From Patescibacteria group bacterium (GTDB lineage: Bacteria > Patescibacteriota > UBA1384 > UBA12157 > JAENIV01): a stretch of DNA of 64,000 bases. Location: the NCBI GenBank assembly GCA_041666185.1, contig JBAYHL010000002.1, forward strand, positions 1,834-65,833, in the 5' to 3' direction. A program made the translations under genes and the position numbers. Below are positions 9,657 to 17,808 of the stretch, piece by piece (within the stretch, counting starts at the first letter, position 1; every line of letters starts with the position of its first letter). The notes under the pieces were generated by a model. The model made no database searches, had not been told where the DNA came from, and saw only the letters and a program-made list of their open reading frames with translations.

Positions 9657-10847
9657 ATTTTTCTCTAAAACTTTATAAAAATTTTGATCAGAAAATTGCT
9701 CAATTGCTAATTTGCGAGCATTTTGGGAGTATTTTTTTAATTTAGCTTTATTTTGATATAAATCTAAAATAGCTTGAGCTAAATCATTACTCGCTCCAGG
9801 GTTAACAACCGTACCAACCTGGTTTTCTTCAATTAAACTTTTTAAGTTTTTACCAGCACAAGCAATAATTGGTTTGCCACAGCCTAAATATTCAGAAGTT
9901 TTTGTAGGCAAAGCATTATCAGAAAAGAATTTATTTTTTGAAAGTGAAATTAGTCCTAAATCAGCTCCGTTGATAAGTTCAACGATTTTTTCTGTTGGTT
10001 GACCGTTGATAAAAGACATATTTTTTAAATTTGCTTTCTTCGCGGCAGTAATTAAATTACCCTTATCTTCACCCTCGCCAACCATAAGTATTTTTATTTT
10101 AGGATATTTTTTTAAAATTACCGCCGCTTCAATAACAGTTTTGAGATTTTGGACTTGAGTAAGGGAACCGACGTAAATAATTAGAAAATCTTCCAAAGAA
10201 AAGCCAAGTTTTTTTCGATCAACTTTTATTGGTTTGAAAACGTCAGTATTAACCGTGTTGAGCAAAGTAACAACCCTGTTTTGAGGTATGCCCATTTCAA
10301 TAATTGTTTTACGAATTTCTCCCGTAGCACAAAAAATTTTATTGGCACGAATATAATAATATTTTTCTAAAGATTTAAGAATTTTTTTAATAAAACCATT
10401 ACTTTTATAGCCAAGCTCAAAAGCAGAATCTGGCCAAAGATCACGAACGTCAAAAATAAATTTGCCTCTGCCTATACGTCTGGCAAAAAGACCAGCAAGC
10501 CCTGAAAAAAAGTTAGGCGAAGAAACAATTACTAAATCAAAAGATTGCATAAAAATAACTGCTATGCAGCTTGAAAAGACAAACATTAAATGATTAATAG
10601 TTCTTTTAATAAAGCCCATATTTGGAGTAGGGAAATCCCAAACACGAAAAATTCTAACATTGTTTTCGAAAGATTTGACCCATAATTTGCCGCGATACTC
10701 TTTGGGCAAGATACCAGTCGGATATGATGGTAAACTTGTTAAAACTGTAACATCATTTTTTTCAGCTAAAAATTCAGCCATTCTAGCCATTCTTTTAACA
10801 GGGGATTTAATCGGTCTGTACCAGTGGCTGATCAAAAGTATTCTCAT
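9645..10847 (-). CDS. GT4 glycosyltransferase (WbuB/WcaI-like)
   Basis: PSYPTG, SSPNFF, DVRDLWPD and LPTKTSEYLGCGKPII motifs. Confidence 0.88.
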   Translation of the reverse strand: MRILLISHWYRPIKSPVKRMARMAEFLAEKNDVTVLTSLPSYPTGILPKEYRGKLWVKSFENNVRIFRVWDFPTPNMGFIKRTINHLMFVFSSCIAVIFMQSFDLVIVSSPNFFSGLAGLFARRIGRGKFIFDVRDLWPDSAFELGYKSNGFIKKILKSLEKYYYIRANKIFCATGEIRKTIIEMGIPQNRVVTLLNTVNTDVFKPIKVDRKKLGFSLEDFLIIYVGSLTQVQNLKTVIEAAVILKKYPKIKILMVGEGEDKGNLITAAKKANLKNMSFINGQPTEKIVELINGADLGLISLSKNKFFSDNALPTKTSEYLGCGKPIIACAGKNLKSLIEENQVGTVVNPGASNDLAQAILDLYQNKAKLKKYSQNARKLAIEQFSDQNFYKVLEKNLPI

Positions 10848-11209
10848 TTTCTTTTCCGTGTTGATTTTTTAGCATTTTTAAGTGCCAATGCTCTTACTAG
10901 TCTAGTGATTTCTTTTTCCTGTTCATTGATTTTAACGTAAAGGCGATAAGTAGCATAAAACAAAGCAACGATACCCAAGAAAAACATGGCGTCATTACCG
11001 CGTTCCATGCCAACCATTTTTGCCAAAAAATTAGTTTTGCCGGGAATAAAAACTAAAACAATCATTGCCCCCCAGACTAAAGACCAAAAAATAAATTCTT
11101 TAATGTTTAAATCTTTTGCTTGAAATCTAATAAAAACCCGCGACCAAGCAAAAACGGCAAAGATGGTAAAAAATATTTTGATTAAGGCTAAACCGCCAAA
11201 AATATGCAT
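10844..11209 (-). CDS. DUF2304-family small membrane protein
   Basis: Three TM helices; LAKMVGMERG...ITRLVRALAL motif; directly downstream of a DPM1-like GT2, the usual pairing; GGAG SD before ATG 11209. Confidence 0.8.
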   Translation of the reverse strand: MHIFGGLALIKIFFTIFAVFAWSRVFIRFQAKDLNIKEFIFWSLVWGAMIVLVFIPGKTNFLAKMVGMERGNDAMFFLGIVALFYATYRLYVKINEQEKEITRLVRALALKNAKKSTRKRK

Positions 11210-11223
11210 CAAGTCTCTCCGAT

Positions 11224-11910
11224 TTATTTACTAAAGAATCTTCGATATATTAATTTAGAAATTATCCTAAAGCCATTAATATTTTTTTGACCCTTCTCAA
11301 GAGAATATTTAGTATAAATACTTGTGATAGGGACTTCAAGTAATCTTAAATTTTTGCGGCCAATTTCGTAAAAGAATTCTGAAGAAACTTCCATTTTATT
11401 GGTTTGGATATCTATTTTTTCGATTGCTTTACGATTAAAGGCGCGTAGACCGGATTGTGAATCAGTTGTCCAAACCCAAAAAAACATGAAAGTGATTAGA
11501 TTAAGGCCCCAGATACCAACAATTCTATACCAAGGCATACCATCGGTTTTCTTAAGTCGTGAACCAATAACAACATCGGCTTTTTTTTGAACCAATGGTT
11601 TTAAAACAGGCCAAATATCGTCTTGATTATGTTGACCATCGGCATCAAAGGTTAAAAGGAGATCAAAATCATTTCTTCTGGCATATTCAAAACCAGTGCC
11701 GAGGGCGCCACCCAGACCTCGGTTGAGATCGTGTTCAATTAAAATTACTTTTGCTTTACGAGCAATTTCAGTTGTTTTATCGATTGAGCCATCAGAAACA
11801 ACAATAATCTCAGTTTGATCAATTTTTGGGTATTTCTTTGGAATCGATTTAATAACCGTACTCAAAGTTTTTTCTTCATTGTAGGCGGGAATAAGAATTC
11901 CAAGTTTCAT
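11224..11910 (-). CDS. GT2 polyprenyl-phosphate glycosyltransferase (DPM1-like)
   Basis: IPAYNEE, DGSID, FDADGQH, VIGSR and TDSQSGLRAF motifs. Confidence 0.9.
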   Translation of the reverse strand: MKLGILIPAYNEEKTLSTVIKSIPKKYPKIDQTEIIVVSDGSIDKTTEIARKAKVILIEHDLNRGLGGALGTGFEYARRNDFDLLLTFDADGQHNQDDIWPVLKPLVQKKADVVIGSRLKKTDGMPWYRIVGIWGLNLITFMFFWVWTTDSQSGLRAFNRKAIEKIDIQTNKMEVSSEFFYEIGRKNLRLLEVPITSIYTKYSLEKGQKNINGFRIISKLIYRRFFSK

Positions 11911-12095
11911 AAGTATAATCTTTCTTTAGAATATTACAGTGTTTCTAATATATGATAAGAAACACCAAAATGCTAAAAAAGTCAAGCCATGTCATTCGAC
12001 ATGGTACATCTTTGCAAAAGAATTCTAGCAGGGTCAAGGGTGGTATTCTAGGTTAAAATCTGATAAAATATAAATAATAAAGGTATTATATTTTG

Positions 12096-12110
12096 TGGAA
12101 GGGTCGCATA
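12096..12110 (+). repeat. 15-bp direct duplicate of the tRNA-Ser(TGA) 5' end
   Basis: tggaagggtcgcata occurs at 12096-12110 and again at 12175-12189. Confidence 0.9.
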
Positions 12111-12175
12111 ACAACCTACCTGCGGTAGAACGTTGTGCATCCTCTGCTATTTAATTCGTTTGACAACTGGCTTAT

Positions 12176-12262
12176 GGAAGGGTCGCATAGTGGACTAGTG
12201 CGCCTGTCTTGAAAACAGGTGATCATGCAAGTGATCCGTGAGTTCGAATCTCACCCCTTCCG
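12176..12262 (+). tRNA. tRNA-Ser(TGA), CCA not encoded
   Basis: Acceptor stem ggaaggg/cccttcc; anticodon arm cctgt-ctTGAaa-acagg; long variable arm; T-loop gttcgaatc. Confidence 0.96.
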
Positions 12263-12282
12263 TTTATTTTCAACCTAAAAAA

Positions 12283-13167
12283 ATGATTAGTTATCTATAT
12301 ATAATTATTGCTGGAATTCTATCTGGTATTATTGTTTTTGGCGGACAGGTTTTTGCTAATAAAGGATTATCTGCTTTAGAGATTTCAGTTATTCCTTTTG
12401 CAATTAGCGGTTTGATGCTTTTACCTTTTGTTTTGTTAAAAAAAGAATTTCGAGCAAAAAAAGGAATCCTTGCTCTTTTGATTCTGTATGGAATTGTTAG
12501 TGCTGTTACTATTGTTGGTCAATATTTTTCGTTGTATTTTGGTATTCCTGTAGCGATCGTTGTTCTTTTACTATATGTACAACCTCTTTGGACAACTTTA
12601 ATCTGCAAATTTGGTTTTAAAGAAAAAATTTCTCGACGGGAGATCTTTGCTTGCAGCATTGTTTTATTAGGCGTGTCGATCTTAGTTAATCCATTTCGTA
12701 GTTTTGGCAGCTATAATATTATTGGATTAATTTTAGCTACTTTAGGTGGTATTTCTTTATCAGGATGGATTATTACTGGTAGTGTCTTGTCTAAAAAAGG
12801 TAATTCTCCAATTAGTTCTCAATTTTTTGGAGTTTCGTTTACGGTTTTATTGCTTGTTTTATTAATGCCATTTTTAAAAAATTTAGGACTTTCACAATCA
12901 TTGATTTCTTTCGATTTAAATTTTTCTAAGATTGTTTGGTTATGGTTAGTTGTTTTTAGTATTTTTGCGATAACAATTAATCAAATTTTATATCTCCAAG
13001 GAGTCAAAAAAGTATCTGCTGTAGATGCAGGAATTATCATGTTATTGGAGCCAATTGTAGGAGCAATTTTGGCGAGTTTATTTTTACATCAAATCTTAAG
13101 TGTTAACATTGTTATCGGCGGTATTCTAATTTTGGTTGCGAACTATATGGTAATCACAAAACAATAA
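12283..13167 (+). CDS. EamA/DMT-family transporter
   Basis: About 10 TM helices in two EamA repeats (LLYVQPLW; MLLEPIVG). Start moved to ATG 12283 because 12238 lies inside the tRNA. Confidence 0.88.
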   Translation: MISYLYIIIAGILSGIIVFGGQVFANKGLSALEISVIPFAISGLMLLPFVLLKKEFRAKKGILALLILYGIVSAVTIVGQYFSLYFGIPVAIVVLLLYVQPLWTTLICKFGFKEKISRREIFACSIVLLGVSILVNPFRSFGSYNIIGLILATLGGISLSGWIITGSVLSKKGNSPISSQFFGVSFTVLLLVLLMPFLKNLGLSQSLISFDLNFSKIVWLWLVVFSIFAITINQILYLQGVKKVSAVDAGIIMLLEPIVGAILASLFLHQILSVNIVIGGILILVANYMVITKQ

Positions 13168-13183
13168 ATTTATTTAAACAAAA

Positions 13184-13687
13184 ATGAAAGATTTAGTTGT
13201 TCAAGATTTAATTGAACAAAAGATTTATTTGATTCGAGGTTGCAAAGTTATGCTTGCGATCGATCTTGCTATTTTGTATGGTGTGCCTACTTATCGGCTT
13301 AATGAGCAGGTCAAAAGAAATATTAAAAGATTTCCTGAAGATTTCATGTTTCGGTTAACCAAAGAGGAAACTATATCTTTAAGATCGCAAAATGCGATCT
13401 TAACCGAGAAAAAATTTGATGTTTATCGTCCTTATGCCTTTACAGAGCAAGGTGTGGCCATGCTTTCAAGTGTTTTAAATTCCGATCGAGCGATTCAAGT
13501 TAACATTCAAATCATAAGAACATTTATTAAATTAAGAGAACTTTTGGCAACCCACAAAGATTTGATTAAGAAAATTGAAGAGATGGAAAAGGGGTATGAT
13601 AGGCAGTTCAGGATTGTTTTTCAAATAATCAGAGGACTTTCTGACCCACCAAAAGAATCAAATAAAAAGATTGGTTTTCGGCCATGA
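13184..13687 (+). CDS. ORF6N-domain (KilA-N-like) DNA-binding protein
   Basis: IRGCKVML..DLA.LYGV...LNEQVKRNIKRFPEDFMFRLT and PYAFTEQGVAMLSSVLNS motifs; KKIGF C-terminus. Confidence 0.9.
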   Translation: MKDLVVQDLIEQKIYLIRGCKVMLAIDLAILYGVPTYRLNEQVKRNIKRFPEDFMFRLTKEETISLRSQNAILTEKKFDVYRPYAFTEQGVAMLSSVLNSDRAIQVNIQIIRTFIKLRELLATHKDLIKKIEEMEKGYDRQFRIVFQIIRGLSDPPKESNKKIGFRP

Positions 13688-13740
13688 TCTCTATAATCTA
13701 CTGGTAAAAAACTAGTAAATAAGTTACACTCTAAATACTT

Positions 13741-13834
13741 GGAGAGTTGCCCGAGCGGCTTAAGGGAACGGTTTGCTAAACCGTCGGTGGGCTAATACCT
13801 CGCCACAGAGGTTCGAATCCTCTACTCTCCGCCA
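13741..13834 (+). tRNA. tRNA-Ser(GCT), CCA encoded
   Basis: ggagagt/actctcc acceptor stem; acggt-ttGCTaa-accgt anticodon arm; long variable arm; gcca end. Confidence 0.96.
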
Positions 13835-13944
13835 ATTGACAGGCTCATGGCTGATAAACTAAGAGGTTGTTTCGCCAGCCCAAGACCTTCTGCTTGTTAG
13901 GAGGTTTTAGGCTGACGCTATTTAACACAAGGGGGGTGATTTCG

Positions 13945-14217
13945 ATGATGGTGGTAAAGTTAGAGTCAGGTTTCAAACAGATGCGACCGTATAGTCAAAA
14001 ACGATGTCAGCGGTGTTCGCAGCATTGCACGATTTATATCAGGCAAGTTAGCGGACACAACATGGTGGAAAATCTTTCTTTGATTAAGGGTCCATGTTTA
14101 GTGGACCAATGCAAACAACCAAAATGTGAAAATGTTGCCAAAATCTTTAAACTCAAAGAAGAGGTTCGCCAGCACGAAATTATCCGTCGGCTACTTCGAA
14201 GCCTTCCCATAGATTGA
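13945..14217 (+). CDS. Small Cys-rich hypothetical protein (possible Zn binder)
   Basis: SD ggggggtg at 13931-13938 before ATG 13945; CQRCSQHC and C..CKQPKC motifs; terminator follows. Confidence 0.6.
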   Translation: MMVVKLESGFKQMRPYSQKRCQRCSQHCTIYIRQVSGHNMVENLSLIKGPCLVDQCKQPKCENVAKIFKLKEEVRQHEIIRRLLRSLPID

Positions 14218-14228
14218 ACTTTTTTGTA

Positions 14229-14259
14229 GGGCGCCCACTTCAAACAGGCGCCTTTTTTT
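14229..14259 (+). terminator. Intrinsic terminator
   Basis: ggcgcc...ggcgcc stem followed by T7. Confidence 0.7.
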
Positions 14260-14295
14260 GACTTCTGTTTCTTGAAGGGGTATTTTAATATCGCT

Positions 14296-15195
14296 ATGAA
14301 ATTTCCCGAAAATAAAAAATTTGGCTTTACAGTTATTGACGATACCGATGGAGGAAAAATTGATAACATTAAACCTGTTTACGATTTTTTGTATAAATTA
14401 GGTTTTAAAACGACTAAAACGGTTTGGATAATGCCTCCAAGAGATAGCTTTAAGGGACTGTCTTTGCAGGATTATCGTTATCGTCAATTTATTAATAAGC
14501 TTCAACGTCAAGGTTTCGAAATTGCTCTCCACTCGGTTGGGTCGGGAAAATTTACAAGACAAGATACACTTGACGGTTTGGAAATTTTTAAAAAATTTGT
14601 GGGAAAGTTTCCTAAAATCCAAATAAACCATTCCCAAAATCCTGATAGTATTTATTGGGGAGTGAAAAGATCGAGTTTACTGAAACCCTTTTGGCGATTG
14701 TCGAAATTTGCTGGTGACGAGCAAAAATCTGCTTATTTTTGGGGAGATTATCATAAAAAATATATTAAATATACTCGTAATTTTTGTTTTAATAATTTAA
14801 ATACTCTAAAAATTGATAAAAATATGCCTTATAAGGATCCTGCTAAAACTTATGCTAATTACTGGTTTAGCGGTGCTGATGGGGCGAATGTGGAAAAATT
14901 TAATAAGTTAACTAGACCTAAAAATGTCGACCTTTTAGAAAATGAGGGTGGAGTGGCGATCATTTATACTCATTTTGCTTCAGGGTTTGTTAAAAATGGT
15001 CGGCTAAATTTAGAATTTCAAAAAAACTTATCTTATATTGCTCGAAAAGGTGGTTATTTTGTGCCGGCAAGTGAGCTTTTGGATTATTTAAAAAGCACTA
15101 AAAAACAAGAAATAGCATCATCGGCAGATATTAAAAAGTTAGAACTTAAGTGGCTTTGGCAGAAATTTCTTGAAAAAATTCCGTTTGTAGGGTAG
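14296..15195 (+). CDS. Polysaccharide-deacetylase-like (NodB-fold) protein
   Basis: FTVIDDTD, GFEIALH, INHS.N and IIYTHF metal-binding motifs; ATG 14296. Confidence 0.65.
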   Translation: MKFPENKKFGFTVIDDTDGGKIDNIKPVYDFLYKLGFKTTKTVWIMPPRDSFKGLSLQDYRYRQFINKLQRQGFEIALHSVGSGKFTRQDTLDGLEIFKKFVGKFPKIQINHSQNPDSIYWGVKRSSLLKPFWRLSKFAGDEQKSAYFWGDYHKKYIKYTRNFCFNNLNTLKIDKNMPYKDPAKTYANYWFSGADGANVEKFNKLTRPKNVDLLENEGGVAIIYTHFASGFVKNGRLNLEFQKNLSYIARKGGYFVPASELLDYLKSTKKQEIASSADIKKLELKWLWQKFLEKIPFVG

Positions 15196-15263
15196 AATAA
15201 AGGGCGTGATGCGCATCCGTAAGCCTTTTGCTTTAAGCTATGCTACGGTCGCTTGATACATTC

Positions 15264-15339
15264 GCGCCCGTAGCTCAGCGGATAGAGCGTCAGATTGCGG
15301 ATCTGAAGGCCGCAGGTTCAAGTCCTGCCGGGCGCACCA
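15264..15339 (+). tRNA. tRNA-Arg(GCG), CCA encoded
   Basis: gcgcccg/cgggcgc acceptor stem; tcaga-ttGCGga-tctga anticodon arm; ttcaagt T-loop; 76 nt. Confidence 0.95.
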
Positions 15340-15518
15340 AGTAAAAGATGCTAAACTTTTAGTTTTGTCCAAACGAAGTTTAAGCAAAAGAAAATTTTTG
15401 ATGACTCCTATAAAAAAGGGGTTATTTTTAATATTCTAAGTAGTCGTTAAAGCCTTCACAAATTCTCAATTATAGTCTATTATTAAGTCGATCAATCTTA
15501 TTCGTGGAGGTGTAACCC

Positions 15519-15950
15519 TTGATTACCAGACTTCAGCGTTTTTGCATGCTGTTTGACACTATGATGCTCCCAACGTTTAGAGCTGATGGGATTTGTAAGT
15601 TTCAGACAGTTAAAATTTTGTCAAACATCCCGTTGGATAATTGGTCGCTCGACTTGTCCGAAGGCTCAACTCGGCCGAAATTTCAAACCATTACCCCCAA
15701 AGGTATTGCCGTGACTTTTGGAAATGAAGGTAGTAGTTATCCTTATCTCTATTTGGTGGTAGGTGATAAGAAATGGTTGGCTGGCAATTACAGCTGGACT
15801 TGTCCTGTTATGGCACTCTGGAAGAGGCTTAATAAGCACAAACCCTTCCGTTCTTGTTTGCGACAACTTCGGTCTGATGAGCTCACAGCTCGACGAAGCG
15901 AAGAGCGAAACAAGATTGCTCAAATCTTGGGATTTCCCTCAAACCTGTGA
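15519..15950 (+). CDS. Hypothetical protein (ORFan unit)
   Basis: GGAGGTG SD before TTG; promoter-like TTCACA-17-TATTAT upstream; terminator downstream. Confidence 0.65.
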   Translation: MITRLQRFCMLFDTMMLPTFRADGICKFQTVKILSNIPLDNWSLDLSEGSTRPKFQTITPKGIAVTFGNEGSSYPYLYLVVGDKKWLAGNYSWTCPVMALWKRLNKHKPFRSCLRQLRSDELTARRSEERNKIAQILGFPSNL

Positions 15951-15980
15951 TTACGTCCACATCTGATTTTTAAACATTTT

Positions 15981-16013
15981 TGGAGCTCCTACTTTGGAGC
16001 TCCAGTTTTTTTT
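15981..16013 (+). terminator. Intrinsic terminator
   Basis: tggagctcc-tacttt-ggagctcca stem followed by gT8. Confidence 0.8.
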
Positions 16014-16229
16014 GATTGAAATAAGCTCGAACTATTTTGAACGAAGCGAAAAACAAGGTTCCGCGAAGCAGGTTCTTATTTCCAAAATAGAGAGCCATTA
16101 TGACAAGATGGTTTAATCTTGTCTTTTTGTTAAATTTATTGTATTCTTTACGCGAGGAGGTCAGGCAGTAGCTTGGCTTTTTTGTTTTTTTGAAATTCGA
16201 AAAAATGTCAGTCATATGTAGAGGAGGAA

Positions 16230-16865
16230 ATGATGGAAAAGCAGGAAATTAAACGGGTATTTGAAAAAACCAACGCGATTATCACTAATAGCCATATTGT
16301 CTACACTTCTGGTAAGCACGGCTCAGCTTACGTTAATAAGGACGCGATTTATCCGCACACAGTAGAGACATCGCGGCTTTGTCGAGCTATCGCTGAAGAA
16401 TTTGTAAGCAGTAATGTTCGTGTAGTTATTGCTCCGGCAATTGGTGGTGTAATTCTTTCGCAGTGGACAGCTTTTCATTTGTCACGGCTAACTGGTGAAA
16501 CTGTTTTTGGCATTTATGCCGAAAAAGAAGGTGACGAATTTGTTGTCAGACGTGGCTACGACAAGATTTTGCTTGGTCGGAATGTTTTGGTAGTAGAAGA
16601 TGTTCTTACTACTGGTGGTTCGGTCAAGAAAGTAATTGAAGTGACGCGCAATCTTGGAGGCAACGTTGTTGGACTAGGGGCTTTGTGTAATCGTGGCGGA
16701 GTAACCCCAAAAGATGTGGCAGACCCACCAAAGCTTTTTACCCTTATCGACCTAAAACTCGATATGTGGGACGAAGCTGATTGCCCTCTTTGTGCAGAAG
16801 GTGTACCTATCAATACAAGCGTTGGCAAGGGCAAAGAATTTCTTGCCCTCAAAAACGCAGACTAA
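16230..16865 (+). CDS. pyrE: Orotate phosphoribosyltransferase-like type I PRTase
   Basis: H.VYTSGKHG.AY, PAIGG and PRPP-binding VLVVEDVLTTGGS motifs; C-terminal CPLC. Start may be ATG 16233. Confidence 0.8.
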   Translation: MMEKQEIKRVFEKTNAIITNSHIVYTSGKHGSAYVNKDAIYPHTVETSRLCRAIAEEFVSSNVRVVIAPAIGGVILSQWTAFHLSRLTGETVFGIYAEKEGDEFVVRRGYDKILLGRNVLVVEDVLTTGGSVKKVIEVTRNLGGNVVGLGALCNRGGVTPKDVADPPKLFTLIDLKLDMWDEADCPLCAEGVPINTSVGKGKEFLALKNAD

Positions 16866-16889
16866 GCATTAGAAATTAGAATTATCACA

Positions 16890-16933
16890 AATCAAGCGGC
16901 ATTTGTTTAAAAGCAAGGCCGCTTTTTTTAAAA
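16890..16933 (+). terminator. Intrinsic terminator of the pyrE-like gene
   Basis: aagcggc...gccgctt stem plus T7; arms identical to those at 57723-57758. Confidence 0.75.
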
Positions 16934-16935
16934 TT

Positions 16936-16964
16936 AAAAAAAGCGAGAAAGATTTTTCTCGCTT
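16936..16964 (-). terminator. Intrinsic terminator of the 16988-17674 gene
   Basis: aagcgagaaa/tttctcgctt stem preceded by an A run on the + strand. Confidence 0.75.
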
Positions 16965-16987
16965 GCAAATTGATAGAAAAGAATAGG

Positions 16988-17674
16988 TTATGTGGTGACT
17001 TGAGATAGCTCCAACGACATAAATTGCCGTAGTTCACCATAAGTTTCAATTTCCTTGGGGATTGCTATGTCCAAATCACAACCTACACACCAGATACTGT
17101 TTTCGTCTTGATGGAGAGTATGATGCATTGGCCCGTTGCAACCTACATGATGTCCGGCAATATGATAATCGTCGTAAATCTTGTCACTTTCTTCGCCGTG
17201 TCGGACGAAATAAAAATAACGGCCTTGGGAAAACGCAAAACGCTCTTCCAGTAAATCTCCCTTCTGAGTTAATTGGATTGGTTCAAGGGGAAAACTTTGT
17301 TTAACTTCAGCGGCGATTGTTTCGATAAGTTGCTCACGATCTTTTGCGTTATCGATAGCACATTGCAAGGCGCAATCAAGCCAACCGGTAGCAAATTCGT
17401 GGTCCTTGTTGCTCAGATCTGTTATTTTGAATGGACAAAGCTTATTAACCCGGCGGAATTGGAGACTATCTCCATAATGGGACGGTAGCATTACGTTGGA
17501 TTTGCCAAGAACTAACTGTTTAACTTCACAAACATCTAATCCGAAACCAGTTACGGAAACTAATTCGAAAAGTATTTGCATTTCATGATCAGGTAGTTCT
17601 TTGATTTCTTTCCAATCGTATTTCAAGGCCAGGTCAACAAATTGCGAAACAACGGCCAAAATTTGCGTTTCCAT
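16988..17674 (-). CDS. Hypothetical protein with possible C-terminal Zn ribbon (HxxC...CxxC)
   Basis: AAGGAG SD; TTGACA-17-TAAAAT promoter at 17750-17722; HVGC and CVGC motifs. Confidence 0.7.
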   Translation of the reverse strand: METQILAVVSQFVDLALKYDWKEIKELPDHEMQILFELVSVTGFGLDVCEVKQLVLGKSNVMLPSHYGDSLQFRRVNKLCPFKITDLSNKDHEFATGWLDCALQCAIDNAKDREQLIETIAAEVKQSFPLEPIQLTQKGDLLEERFAFSQGRYFYFVRHGEESDKIYDDYHIAGHHVGCNGPMHHTLHQDENSIWCVGCDLDIAIPKEIETYGELRQFMSLELSQVTT

Positions 17675-17808
17675 TTTTTTCTCCTTTTTAAGGTACTCTC
17701 TAGATTCTAGAATAACACTAGATTTTAAAGAATTTTTTAATATGTGTCAAGGTTGCTTTGGGTAAAACATTTGTCTAAAAGGGTAGAATATGGTATATTT
17801 TACCTATT

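Noticed and set aside
12238-12282. Longer N-terminus of the EamA gene
   Set aside because: Overlaps the tRNA-Ser T-arm and acceptor stem; ATG 12283 is preferred.
15970-16215. 81-aa minus-strand ORF and the gaaataag...cttatttc inverted repeat at about 16018-16082
   Set aside because: The ORF crosses a terminator and the pyrE promoter; the repeat is short and could not be tied to a known RNA family.
16868-16881. attagaa x2, and a weak period-7 tract after groEL (about 44660-44683)
   Set aside because: Too few or too degenerate units to count as heptamer arrays.
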